Shown here: positions 1 to 17,689 of the stretch, piece by piece
Layout: each line of letters opens with the position of its first letter
How positions within the stretch are numbered: the first letter of the stretch is position 1
Assembly: GCA_951406725.2 (NCBI GenBank)
Contig: OX597821.1
Coordinates: forward strand, 32,674,001 to 32,738,000
Direction of reading: 5' to 3'
DNA length: 64,000 nt
Origin: Octopus vulgaris
Lineage: Eukaryota
Program-made: the position numbers and the translations under genes
The notes under the pieces: model-generated
The model's input: only the letters and a program-made list of their open reading frames with translations
Told to the model about the DNA's origin: nothing
Database searches by the model: none

Positions 1-99
1 AACAATATATAATGCCTTTATCTTTCGTCTTAAACAAAATTGTGATACTTGATAATGTATTCTGTGATAGACTATGTCTTAGGAAATTATATGCCTTCA

Positions 100-435
100 G
101 TCGAACAAATCAATCCCATTAGTTATTTTAAATCTGCTACTGGTGTTTTTTTTTTTACCGATTCGCAAATTTACTGGGATGTAAACAAAACAACACAGGT
201 TAATCAAGCCATGTGTGGACAGAAACAAAAACACAAACTCACACTCACGCACGGACGCACACGCGTGACACATGCGTGCATATAAAATGTACGATAGGCG
301 TCATCCACTCAGAACGTAATTGTTGGTTCGGGATTATAGTATAAGACATTTACCCAGGATTCTGCACAGTAAGACTGAACCCGAAACAGCGTGGTTTCAA
401 AGCGAGCTTCTTAGCCACACAGCCATTCCTGAGCC
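100..435 (-). mobile_element. tRNA-derived SINE (family B), degenerate
   Basis: The minus strand starts GGCTCAGGAATGGCTGTGTGGCTAAG (A-box-like), then CGGGTTCAGTCTTACTG (B-box-like), then a CA-rich body. A related decayed copy lies at 34205-34348. Confidence 0.7.
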
Positions 436-1133
436 GACAATATCTATAACGTTTATGAGCCTTCTTGATCAGGACTGACTTCGGGATGAAGAATAACAAC
501 AGATCGAGTAACAAAGAAATTTGATGTTCGAGGAAGTTGTATTATTTTCTACGGTTACTTACAGAAAGTGAATTGATTTCAGTAACAGAAAGAAACCAAG
601 CTGTGTCAGTCCGCACATCGACAGTATACCACGATGATTGGCGTCTTTCCCGATACAATAATATCCAGAAGCAACAAATTTCTATAAAAAATCTAATTTA
701 TGGTAAAATCAAGAACACTAATATTGATTTATTTTTTGCTACGGCACGAAGTCAAAACCATATAGGAAAATTTAAATGAACTTATCACTTCCTTCTTCAT
801 AGGTAAAATAAATTAAGTGGAATTCTAACAATTGAAGCAAAATTTAGTTCACCTTTCAAAGGCTGTTAAATAATACATCCAAAAGCTAATTTTATTAACA
901 CCTAGTTCGTTTCTCATGTAGAAAGTATTATTCATAGAAAGTATATTTTCTGAAAGAGAACCTTGTTATGTTAAAAAATAATGACTTTATGAGAAGAAAC
1001 GAAGCAATTTCCATAAATGCGTTTATATGTTCGCCTTACGAAAAAATCTACTTCAAAGTCAGAATTGCAGTATACAATTACAATGTAGATAATACAATTA
1101 TCAAAGGCACGTGTGTGACGTCATGGCATATAT

Positions 1134-1172
<39 letters not shown>

Positions 1173-2465
1173 AGGTGAAAAGGCACTTGGATTCGTTTAG
1201 TTTTTTTTTTTTCATTTTTAAAATTTTAGAGACTCAAGCGATTTCAGAGATTTCTCTGATTTTTAAAAGTAGAGAAAGAAAGACTTGGAGTTATGCTGCA
1301 ACTTTGTAGCTTATGACTGGAGTTCAAAAATTCTCTTATGTTTATAGAAAAATATGGCTGAAATTAGTGTTCATATTGGACACGATTTAATTAGCCGAGG
1401 GTGATCACGTGATTACGTTTATATACACACACATATATATATACACATATATACATACATACATTATTGTTAACAGTGAACGACTGGTGAATAAAACGAC
1501 ACACTTTTGATGTACCTGAAAATGGTGACAACGAAATCTAACAGTTATATAAACAAAATAATTAAAAAAAACAAGGGGCCTGATTTTTATAACTACTATT
1601 TAGAAAATATTAAAAACGAAAACCAACTCAGCCAGTCTGGAATCAATATTTATATTTGCGAGATTGTTCTACAAGATGTGTGAAATTATGTCAGTCAAAT
1701 ACGCGAGTTGCAATTTTAAATCTTTATTAAAACAATTTCGCTTACCTCACGTTGTCAATGACTGAATTTATCATTCTCCTACACGTCATTTTAGCAAAGA
1801 AATAACATATTTATTTGTCTGAAATAATATTATAAATTCTTGATCTTAGGTCAACGAATCTCCTCATAAACCTATTGATTTCAGCGAGACGAATGCATAG
1901 ACATTCATGACGTTCGTAGTGTCGTGCTAGAATCCTTGTAAAAGAAAAGATTCAAATCCCAGTAGTTGTTATCAGATACAGAAATCAAATTCAAGTCACA
2001 ATTCGTTAAGGGTTTGCTATTTACAGTACTGAGTTCGTCATTTTCAAGATAAAATAATCAAATTTGTCAAAATGTTTCGACGGAAAACCAAACGATAGAA
2101 AAATTAAAATTAAAGGAAAGCATTTTTACAAGTAGTTGAAAAATTTTAAACTATTGTTCGTATTTATTTCTTATTCGTTCGAACACAATCGAAGTTTATT
2201 GGAGTCTGAACACGCGCTTGTAAATTGGATATAACCTTTAAACCTAATTTTAATAATGAATACTTGTTACATTTTGCACATCTTATCTGAAAGACTTGAT
2301 AAATTATAAAACGTGAATGTCAATCAGTACACATTTTCAATAGTATATTCATCAAAACCGATCAGACGTGAATAAATCAACTTATATTTAAAACAATCTT
2401 CACGTTTAGATTCTTCAGTAAAACACAATTACACAATTCAATTCAAATACATATTATAATTCAAA

Positions 2466-2469
<4 letters not shown>

Positions 2470-2515
<46 letters not shown>

Positions 2516-2533
2516 AATATACACATATAATTC

Positions 2534-2564
<31 letters not shown>

Positions 2565-2672
2565 CATATACATACATATATACATACTTATATATATATG
2601 TCTATATATATACATAAATATATACATATATATATGTCTATATAAATATATATACATACATATATATATATG

Positions 2673-2712
<40 letters not shown>

Positions 2713-2714
2713 CA

Positions 2715-2746
<32 letters not shown>

Positions 2747-2830
2747 CATATGTATATATATATATGTATACAAACATACCTACGTACGTACAAATACATA
2801 TGTATATAATTGTATACTTACGTATATATA
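2470..2830. repeat. (TA)n/(TACA)n compound microsatellite
   Basis: Direct inspection. Confidence 0.95.
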
Positions 2831-2834
2831 ACCC

Positions 2835-3585
2835 GATTTAGAGCAATGTCTCAGACATAATAACAATCGTAAAGCCCTATGTGCGGACATTCTTGCACAA
2901 GTTCCCGCTACAGCTTTTCTTCTTGGTACTGATGAGGCTCACTTCCATATCGATGGTAATGTAGACAAGCAGAATTTTCGCTACTGGGTTGAACTCCATG
3001 AAAGACCGCTTCATTCTCCTCGTGTAACTGTTTGGTGCAGTTACCGAATTTTGATTCATCGGCCCGTACTTTTTTGAAGACGTTGATGAAACAGTAACGG
3101 CTGAGCTTACTCTGGCCGATATATTGAACTGTTGGAGAACATTTTGCACCCTAAACTGGACGTGTTGGATACCGAACATTTATGTTTTTAACAGGACGGA
3201 TCCACGTCTCACACGGTTCGACGTTCGCTTGGAATGTTTAAGGAAATGTTTCCTGGACATTTGATTTCTTTGATGGGAGACGTGGGGGATACCTAAAGGA
3301 AAACGTTTTCCGACATAGTCCTCGAACTCTTGAGGATTTAAAAGAAAGGATGAGTAAGGAAATCAACGCAATACCACCTGAGATAACACGTAGAGTCATG
3401 GAGAACATCCTGAAACGATTGCATCAATATATTGCCAACGGCCATCATTTGCGTTGTATAGTTTTTAAAACCAAGTAAAGTAAATTGTTTTTTTTATGTA
3501 CCTTTCGGAAACACTAAAATTTTTCCTGGATGGTTGTGTTCTTCTATATTCATTCACAATGTGGGAGATCCTTATATGCCACTAT
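2835..3585 (+). mobile_element. Tc1/mariner-superfamily transposase remnant (DEAHF...GPYFFE type), pseudogenised
   Basis: The plus strand translates TDEAHFHIDGNVDKQNFRYW, HERPLHSPRVTVWC, GPYFFED, F*QDGSTSHT, FPGHLISL and GYLKENVFRHSPRTLEDLKER...HHLRCIVFKTK*. It has frameshifts and lacks the WPPRSPDL block. Confidence 0.85.
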
Positions 3586-3640
<55 letters not shown>

Positions 3641-3643
<3 letters not shown>

Positions 3644-3791
3644 AGAGTTTAAGAAGAAAAAAACAAAAGACGAAGACAGGTGGTGTACAAAACAAACAGA
3701 TGTATTAGTATAACATCTAGCCTACGCTCTTCTACAGAAAGGGGCACAGAAAAAACAAGGAGAGAAAAAATGTGTGTAGTGGCTAACGATC

Positions 3792-3793
<2 letters not shown>
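3641..3793 (-). mobile_element. Short TA-embedded repeat (family H3), internally deleted copy
   Basis: Near-identical to 58410-58608 and to the reverse complement of 60278-60460. It lacks the GAAAC half of the hammerhead-like motif. Confidence 0.85.
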
Positions 3794-3870
<77 letters not shown>

Positions 3871-3924
3871 TGTATGTATGTATGTATGTATGTATGTATG
3901 TATGCATGTATGTATATTTATATA

Positions 3925-4465
3925 AAGGGTTATTCGAATAGATGAACTGATTTCATTACGCGATATTGTAATAAGGAAATGCAATAGAAAACACCAGTTA
4001 AGTCACAAGAATTTACTCACAATCAACTTTTATTTCCTGTCTTACGAGTGTTCAATGAGGCCACCACCTACAACACGGGCAACATGAATGAGATAAGAGA
4101 TTCCTCCCAGACGGGTATCAGCATATCCCGATCCACTGAGTTGATCGCTGTTGTGTAATTTTTTTCTTGCGGGAATACGCAAAAGATCGCTTTTATGTTC
4201 CACCGCTGCCCACTAACGTCGTTGATATAAACATCCAGTAACAACAGCGATTAAATCAGTGGATCCTGATATGCTGATGCGCGTCTGGGAGGAATTCTCT
4301 CATCGCATCGAAGTTGCCCGAGCTGTTGGTGGTGGCCACATTGAACACTTGTAAGATAAAAGTTGTTTGTGAGGAAATACTTGTGACTTAGATGGAGTTT
4401 CCTGTTGCTTTTCCCTATTAAAATATTGTGTAATGAAGTCGGTTCATTCTTTTTCAATAACCCTG
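3925..4465. mobile_element. Foldback/MITE-like element made of two inverted 3' ends of a Tc1/mariner-type transposon
   Basis: TIRs of about 40 bp (AAGGGTTATTCGAATAGATGAACTGATTTCATTAC versus reverse-complement CAGGGTTATTGAAAAAGAATGAACCGACTTCATTAC). Both strands encode the same transposase C-terminus (TTAIxSVDxDMLxxVWEE...ARxVGGGxIEHx*). Confidence 0.85.
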
Positions 4466-4471
4466 TGTATA

Positions 4472-4537
<66 letters not shown>

Positions 4538-4592
4538 AAGATTTAAAAAATCCAAGGCAGTAAATAGATTTCATAACATTTATCAAGAAAAG

Positions 4593-4640
4593 GTCTTACA
4601 GCTGTTTCCGGGATATTTTATATATCCCTTCATCAGAGAC
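4593..4640 (-). ncRNA. Minimal type I hammerhead ribozyme (family H1)
   Basis: Minus strand: GUCU-CUGAUGA-a-GGGAUAU[auaaa]AUAUCCC-g-GAAAC-AGCU-GUA-AGAC. The core is intact, stem I is GUCU/AGAC, and stem III is the palindrome ACAGCUGU. Confidence 0.85.
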
Positions 4641-4827
4641 GATGCAAGAAAATGTTTGAGTATTAATTATTGTAGAAAAGATATGAAATATAAAGAGAAG
4701 TAACAGAATGAATATAGAAGTGAGATACATAAGGATATTGTATTTGCAGTTCAATTATTCAAGAAGAATGGTGTATGCATATATTCAAGATTAAATAAAA
4801 GACAACAAACACAAAATATGTCATATA

Positions 4828-4863
<36 letters not shown>

Positions 4864-5131
4864 TGGATGGATGGATGGATGGATGTATTTATATATGTAT
4901 ATGCATAATAAAAAAAGGTGCAGTAAATAAACATATGAACATTTACTAAATACACAGACGAACGGAAAACACAGAAGGTCACTAACTCCTCTTAAGCTTT
5001 CGGCCACAGGGTCAAGCGCAATTTCGGCCATTATCGATAATATTGCTCCCACTCTGAAGGCACCGGCAAGATACCTGCCGGGAATGGGATCAAAACATAA
5101 CAAAACAATAAAGAGAATAAAGGCTTATATA

Positions 5132-6665
5132 TATTAGGTTCGAAAATAATAGCCGATTTTAAAAATAAGCCCAATATTCGTTAAAAACTGAATTTATACA
5201 AAGATGTAATTATTCTGAACATCAATTGACAAGGTCATTTATGACTCTTTGATAAAAATCTAAAAGTTTTGATGCCAAAAAGTTATTGAATTCAGTTTCG
5301 ACCTCGGTTTTGGAACGGAATGTTTTTTGCCTTAAAAAGTGTCTATATGCTGGGAAATGCGTTAGTAGGTGAAAGATAGGAGAATATGGATGATGTATTA
5401 ATGTTTCATATTCCAAGTCTGTGAGCTTCTGCAGTTTCACCCATCAAGAAGACGTGCGGTCGAGCGTTGTCATGGAGCAGAATAGTATCACGTCGATTCA
5501 TATAGGCAACTGCGGGGTTTTGTTTCGCTTTTTTGTAGCAGTTAAATAGAACGTTATTCAATTTATAACTTCAAGAAAAATGAGTTTTTTAGTTACGGTT
5601 TCTTCTATAACGACAGCTAAAAAGAACTTGTTTACCTGATGATCTGTTGTTATCGTTCTGTTCCTCGATGGTGTTGTTGCTTTTGTTGTGTCCAGCCATG
5701 TTGCTTGTAGTAACACTCTGCATGCTAAATTCAAGTTTCAATCGAAAAACACTACGATCGTGAATAAAAGGATCCCTTATTTAACAAGGCTGATAGTTGA
5801 GCAATATGCAGTTCTCATTTTGCTCAAGTGAGCACGCATTTCTTCCAGTTGCTTACAGTAAACCTATGATGGAATGCTCTAAGCTATAATGTACGTCACC
5901 AATAGTAGACCATCAGACAATCACCAGAATCCTCTGCTGATGCAACTTCGGTTTCATTAGATGTTTGGATGCTTCTTCACGATCAAGCCATCGACCCGAT
6001 CACTTACGGTTGTCATAAAGGATCTACTTTCCGTCACAAGTCACAACTTGATCAAGAAATGGGTCATTAGAATTTCGAAAACTCTTCAAAACACGGAAGT
6101 CTTTGATTTTCACTGAAATTATGAGGGACACATTTATCGAGGTTTTTCACTTTGCCGATTTTATTCAGGTGATCTGATACTGTTGAAAGACTGACACCAA
6201 GCATATGTAACATTTCTCTGACACATTGTGGGTTTTATTCAACTGTTGCTTTCAAATAGTGATTATCAAGAGTGAATGGACGCCCTCTAATTTTTTAATC
6301 TTCAAGGCTTTCAACCCCACTACGGAATCTCTCAAACCACCGTCGTTCCGTTCGATCACTACTGGACACTTCATCCCATGTTCTATTGATATTGGCGGCT
6401 GTTTAGGAAACATTATGTCCAAGCTTTAATACATGCAAAAATAATAAATAAATAAACGTATTTCTTCTTTTTTCTTGTTTGAATTTTAAGGTTTTCTACG
6501 CTTCAAAATACAGTGTGAAAGAAATCAATAAAAATTTCTTAAAGAATACGCATCAATTATTAAGCATGCAGAATTTCGTCTAAAACAGTATGAAAATATC
6601 ATCTTAAATCGAATTTTTAAAAATATTTTCGAAAAATCGGACAGTATTTCCGAACAACCTAATAT
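5132..6665 (-). mobile_element. mariner (DD34D-type) element, both TIRs present, pseudogenised, with an insertion of about 300 bp
   Basis: TIRs TATTAGGTTCGAAAATAATAGCCGATTT and reverse-complement TATTAGGTTGTTCGGAAATACTGTCCGATTT, in a TA context. The minus strand translates FLDQVVTCDGK*ILYDN, KPKLHQ, ILLHDNARPH and YETLIHHPYSP. Confidence 0.9.
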
Positions 6666-6674
6666 TATAGGCAG

Positions 6675-7257
<583 letters not shown>

Positions 7258-8006
7258 CATGCGTACGTACGAACGTTGGAACGTAGATTCATTCATATGT
7301 GTATAGTGTTGAGTACTCGAACAAACGTGTATTATATATGTGTGTGTATGTACGTACGTATGCATGTATGTAGTTAATCTGAAATCATGGCTAACAATTT
7401 GTTCCTGAACTTCTTAAATGTTAAGTATGGATTGTTTTGCATTCTCAATTACTGTGGTAGTGAATTGAAATGACAGTAGCCTTTGTCGACAGGAAATCGA
7501 ATGAAGAAACCTAAATAGATTCATCCGCTTTACTAGAATAGAATCTTTATGTTAATTATGGTCCTTGCCTTTCACCGAGCATAATTTTAATGCCGAAACA
7601 AAGAAAATCTTTTAGACTAACTGTTAGTATTTTCAACATAAATTATCATTGAATACTCAGTCCTAAGTGGTAGTTTTGTTGTTAAAATCCATTTCAATTC
7701 TGACTAAGCTGACATATATAGTCGAATGATAAATCCGTCTACTTTTAAACAGTTATCTTCTACTTTAAGAATCTGTACAATCGTATACTTTATGTGTGTT
7801 TCTTTGATTCAAATTCTCCGTATTAGAATAGCTAAAACAAGCACCATCTTAGAGACACAAGAAAATACCATTCTTTTCTGCCGTATCTGTACGGCAATTA
7901 AGTATATTCAACTTCATGAAATAAATAGATATGACACATACATATAGCATAATTTTCGCAGCATTGCACCGGTAGACATTCCATGATGCAATGGCTTACT
8001 ACATGT

Positions 8007-8612
8007 ACAGGATGTTCGGCCTAGAATTGAAGATTTTTATGTCTCCTTTTGTTCGTGGGCAGCATGTTGAGCCAGGGATGTTCTGGTTCTTCTTAGCGCC
8101 AGTTGCACAACACCCAGAACAACAGGTGGCTTGCCTACAATCCATGTGATGTCCCTCGTATCAAGGAAATCGAAGTACCCCAAACTGTGCTGGTTTTCAG
8201 GTATACCAACGGGTGTGACGTCTGCCTGCCCAACATCTCTGAATTGAGTCTTACGCTCAATTTAGATGGCTCTGTGAGGCCGCTAGAACCTGTAGTCAAA
8301 CCCTGGACGGAGAGCATTACTACTAGAAGGCCATATGTGGCAGCAGTATTTTTCTCCTCGCCATTACTCTGGAAAGTGTTAGAAGTGGCTGTCGGTGAAT
8401 TTCTCCAACTTCACTTTCTGAACTCGTTTGTAATCCCACGGGTTACTATGTGTGAGGCGCGGTTAAGAAAGACACAAGCCGTTCTACTTGCTATAGAAGG
8501 CCGACATGGTGGCCAAGATCATGACGGTGTTCGAAGACACTGCAAGGTACGCATGCGCCAGGTTCCAGAGCCGTCTTGATGCCGTGGCGGAATCTGAGTG
8601 CGAGAAGTAAGT
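8007..8612 (+). mobile_element. Tc1/mariner-superfamily (maT/DD37D-like) transposase remnant
   Basis: HNTQNNRWLAYNPCDVPR, VVKPW...RRPYV(W)QQ, CNPTGYYV and a C-terminal ACARFQSRLDAVAE block. Frameshifted. Confidence 0.8.
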
Positions 8613-8998
8613 AGTAACAGTACTACAGAGTAACATTCATTTGCCAACGTGAAGTATCACTCCTGATTAGGACGATGTCATGACCTTTTTTAGCCTCAGG
8701 GAATTATCTTTCCCAGTTGGTTACCGACGCGCAACTGCATTTTTATACCTCGAACTAGAGAGCTAATGTTCCCATTCACGCTTAAACGGTCCCTCAGAGA
8801 TTTAAAACTAATCATTTTCCTCTTTACGAGATCAGTAATTGTGTGCCACTTAAAAAGTGTATGACTCGAGCGATGCCTAGTGCTACCATCTCTAGCCAAC
8901 GGTTATCCTGTGCCTATGAAGCGAAGTAACCCAGAAACCATGCTCCGCAAGTACAGTTTCAGGCTGAATGGGGACAATAGCTCTCTCTCTCTCTCTCA

Positions 8999-9053
<55 letters not shown>

Positions 9054-9868
9054 AATAGACACACACGCGGGCGCACGCTCACACACTCACACTTGCGCGC
9101 ACACACACACACGTGTGTGTGACTGTGTAGCTATACAACATAAATAGATTTTTTTTCAAGAAATACCTTGAGAAACTCGCAGCAATTTATAGTTTAGCGT
9201 TCTTGGAAAGAATTGTATCAAACTTTGGAGATGTGCATACCCCGAACTGGTATCGCTGTATAAAATTAGATGTCTTTTTTCTCCTATCACTTCCACTTCC
9301 TCTCTCACACTTTCTCCTCCTCTCTCTGTCTGTTTCTGTGTGTTCCTCTCTCTCTCTCTCTCTCTCTTCTTCTACTCTGTCTCTTTCTTTCCCACAAACT
9401 AGAACTAGACAACAAATAGACCGCTGACACTACAATTAGATTGTTATTTAACAATTCGAAAATCTTCAATAGACTTCCGAGAAATATTAGTTACCTGCAT
9501 CAAGATGTGAACGTATTTTTAGTAACTTTGATCGTTATTGAACGGAATCCCGACTAGTTTTACATTTCAATAGTATTTTGTGTTCCTATGTGTTATTTGT
9601 ACATCTGGACTGATACGAAACGCCTCATCTGAGAAAGTATCAAACACAAACCATTTTGTAGAGCAGTATTGGTGACAGCACTCAGCACTGGTACCAGGTA
9701 TTGGTGCAATTTTTCATTCCTAATCGTCTGGCTTCCGCTTCCGCTTGCGGAAGTTGTACAGAAGCATATCAGATAAACTATACCTGTGTTTGGATGGTAG
9801 ATAAATTTTGAGGCCTGGTTTAATATCATTTCACGATTCTTGGGTACCTTCAATGCACTCTACTCACT

Positions 9869-9896
9869 TGCTAATATTCAATCCATTTCTCCCGTC
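9869..9896 (-). CDS. Candidate 28-nt micro-exon (xGRNGLNISx)
   Basis: Minus strand: ttactttcag|ACGGGAGAAATGGATTGAATATTAGCAA|gtgagta. Both splice consensuses are good and one frame is open. No homology recognised. Confidence 0.15.
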
Positions 9897-10300
9897 TGAA
9901 AGTAACTGAACATTTTGATACCTTGTTTCTATTGCGATTATATTTATCGTACTTCCCTCTTCGCTTCATACTACGCCATCAGTGTCAGAGGTCCACGAAG
10001 GTCATGGGTAATCTTCATCCTATTGTGCTGAAACCATTATTTTAAAACAACAAAAATGCTGCCCTGGTTTGAATCAGTATGAAACTAAAAGAGTATATGA
10101 ATCAAATAAGCTTTTCAAGTGAAATGTGTTCTTCAAAACAAAGTAAGGAAGGTGAACTCTTCAATGCAGAAGGAAGTCCTATAAGGATATATAACGTAGA
10201 AGGAAAACAAGCGGCAGAGAACAACACAAAAACAACACACACATACAGGCAAACACAAATTCACAATGAAAAAATACGCAAGTGTGTGTATATATGTGTG

Positions 10301-10438
<138 letters not shown>

Positions 10439-10899
10439 CACGTACCATAGGTACACACAGACGCACAGTGACTTAAATGGAATTTTACAAGACAAAATCT
10501 TTACACATCTTTCAAATCTAACTATTTCTACAATTTTGTGATAGGAAAAAGAAAGTTCTCGTGTGTGTGTGTATTTGCATCCCTGTTCCTGTTCGTATGA
10601 GTATGTATATCCGTGTGATTTTCGTTACTATGTTTTGTAGTTGTTCAGTCAAACGTAAAAGCTCTGAGCTAGCTAATTCACCGATAGTTCTCAATAACTT
10701 TACAAAACATAATTCAAAAATCGTAAGTTAAAATATATGGCTTTACCGCCTTTGGAAGCGTAAGAAAGATTTTTCTTTGAAATAAAAGCAAGCAGAAAAC
10801 ATAACAAATCACACACACACGAGTTATACAAACGAAAGTAAACAAAAATGATTTAAAGCAAATACTGTATGTATGTATATATATATATACACACATATA

Positions 10900-11330
10900 T
10901 ACACACCCGTAAATATATATATATTTACATACACATGAATAAGCACATATATATACTTGCGCCTGTTATGTAGCATGTGTATAAAAATGTATACAATACA
11001 TTCCACATTCAATAAACAGATACACAAGGACGTATGGTTATGCATATACTTGTATATATAGATATATGTGCGTGTGTATATAATTACATACATACATATA
11101 TACATATATATAAATATATATATATACATACAAACACATATACACACACGTATATATATATATATATATATATACATGAATACACATATATATATTTGCG
11201 CCTGTTATGTAGCATGTGTATAAAAATGTATACAATATATTCTACATCCAAGAAACACGTACACCAAGCACGTATGTTTATGCATATACTTGTATATATA
11301 TATATAGATATGTGTGTGTATATACGTACA
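10900..11330. repeat. Diverged tandem duplication (period about 240 bp) embedded in TA/CA microsatellite
   Basis: TTGCGCCTGTTATGTAGCATGTGTATAAAAATGTATACAATA occurs at about 10957 and about 11196 with shared flanks. Confidence 0.9.
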
Positions 11331-11337
11331 TATATAA

Positions 11338-11428
<91 letters not shown>

Positions 11429-12945
11429 CATTTATATACATATATGTATACATATATTTATAGGACCCTTTATTTGTATACCTGCATATGTATATACATA
11501 GGTATATTTCAATACCTTTGCATGTTTGCGCGTGTGTATGTGTGTGTGTGTGTCTGTCTGTGCACAAAAGAAACTTACCTCTATACTTGTGTGCTGTATC
11601 TTACGATACATATATAAAAGTACACATTTATATATGTGTATATGAGGGTGTAGATGCTTTGAAGAATGTGCTCTATCTATATTGTACGTGTGAGTATGCA
11701 TATATTTATCCCATAGTGTAAGTAATATGTGCGTTTGCTTTTGTGTGTGTATGCGTGTGTTTGTATTTTATTTTGGTATCTTGACAAATATCTTCTGAAT
11801 GGTAATAAAGAAGAATTATGATGCCATTATTTATTGTTGTAGAAATAACAATAACATTCTTGTGGTGGTATTGTTGGTGTTGGAATTGGTGTAGGCGTAG
11901 TGGGGGAAGGGGATGGTACTGTTGCTGACGACGGAGCAAATTACTGACGCGTGGAAAGATATTTATGAAAAAGCCTGTGAATATAAAATTCATACAATAA
12001 TACTATGAATAGAAATTTATATTAAAATAAGGAATATATATATAATGTATGCATATATATGAATATATATATATATATATATACATATGTGTGTATATAC
12101 ATATTTATATATACATATATATATATATGTTTATTTATGTATATGTATGCATACATTCATAATTTAACATATCTCTAAATAAATGTATATATGTCTCTCT
12201 GTATATATATATACATATATACAAGTATATATATAAATATACATATATATATATGTATATACTTATATACATACATATATATATATATATTTATATACAT
12301 ACATATATATACACTTATATACATAGATATATATGTGTATGTATATACACATATATTTACTTATATATATGTGTATTCTGTGTTTGTGTGTGTGTCTGTA
12401 CCTGTGTGTTGTGTTTGGTGCATAGGCATATGGATGATGACTACAATGTACAAGAACTATATAAAAAGAAACACGAATTAAAGCTGTAATGAAGTAGAAG
12501 ATATTAATAAATAACAATCATAATAATCGTTTCTTTATTCGCCACGGGAACGACGACGGATGTGAGACATTAAAAAGATGAGTTTTCAAACAGAACTGTA
12601 GCTGTGCAAAAATGGGTGTTGAGACACAAAATAAATATCTTCCAAAGGCAGAATAATTACAAAGACCTTATTTCATGCAGTCAAAAATCCCGAAATATAT
12701 TCAATAGAAGGGCAAGGCTCTTCCGTGTGGCAGAAAAATGCAAATGAAAAGCGAGATTAGAACCATCAGGGCAGCATTTTGAGGACTGCTCCCATTTTGA
12801 GGAGTGTTTAGTTGGACTACAAACTGAAACCGGTGCTATATCCAGAAGATACAGAATCAAAATTAAAACAAGAGTGACATTTTGACTCTATATCTTCTGG
12901 AGGAGTTACCTCAATCCTTTATATATTATTATTATTATTATTATT

Positions 12946-13657
<712 letters not shown>

Positions 13658-13779
13658 TTAGCCAAAACTCATATCGGATCAGAGGAAATATTAACAATGA
13701 CAAATAGTAAAAAAAAAATGGAAATAATAATATCAGTGATGACAATAATAATTATGAAAGGAAGAGGTTGGAATCTCCC

Positions 13780-16051
<2,272 letters not shown>

Positions 16052-16269
16052 TTAATAATAATCTTTTCCTAGTAATGACCAATGGCTCGAAAGGAACTTT
16101 CACTAGAAGTTACAGTGAATCGAGGTGTTAAAGAAGTCATATAATATAATATATGGATGGGTGTATTAAGGATTTTTTTAATTTACACACAGGCACACAT
16201 ATGCACTGAGCTCTCTGGTTGTAACCAATAAACTAATAAAACAATACAAACAGAAAATATATATTTATT

Positions 16270-16329
<60 letters not shown>

Positions 16330-16336
16330 TAGATAT

Positions 16337-16874
<538 letters not shown>

Positions 16875-17689
16875 TATATATATGTATTAACACATATTTG
16901 CACAGAAAAGCAAACGAATCAATGCATCTTTTCCGCCTGGTGTTCGTGGGAAGGTTGTAGGAGTAGAATTCTCAGGCACCTCCTTCATAGGGTTCTATCA
17001 GAAGACACTTTCATTAGCCCTTAGGGCTGGATCCTTAGTGCGAGCAACTGAGCGTGTGGATATTATCCAACCGTCTCGTTACTGATAAAGCCCCAAGTCT
17101 CCTGCCAGCGGACTCAACTTGCAATTCTTTCATGCGGCATTCTCTTTACATGTCCGTAGTGTCGGAGTTGTGACTACTCAGTGCTGCTCAACCTAAAGAG
17201 ATTACGTGACTACAAAGATATTTTGGTGTAATCCCATTTCAGTCACTTGTATTCGCGATCGTACTCTTTCTTTCATTACCATCAACATTCATGTTTTCTG
17301 CCGAGTACTACAATTTAGGGATGAGAGGTAGTGCTACGAAGACTGAGACATTGGTGCTCTCAAGCAGGTCTTTTCAGTACACACTGCATGTTAGTGGAAG
17401 ATGACTTAAGACACGCGGAGAAGAATCAAAATAACATATAATTAAGTAGATTTGCAACACAGTAGTGCACAACCCAGAAGCATTCGATAATCACGTTTTT
17501 TTTAAATAAAAAACTTCAAACTCACTATCTTCAATTGAGTGTTTGTACCTATCTTCACCTACGCTCACCAGAATCAAAATAACAAAATGAAATAAAACTT
17601 GAAAGGTTACTGGTTCGGGTGATTTAGGGTACTTCACGACTCTGTTATGTGTACCGAATGCAACTATACGTTTTTTTTTTCTTTTTTAG

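Noticed and set aside
1470-2460. Possible hAT or other transposase remnant
   Set aside because: Translations in the frames examined gave no recognisable motifs.
2929-2945. CTGATGAG resembling a hammerhead core
   Set aside because: It encodes the TDEAH catalytic motif of the transposase; no stem II or GAAA follows.
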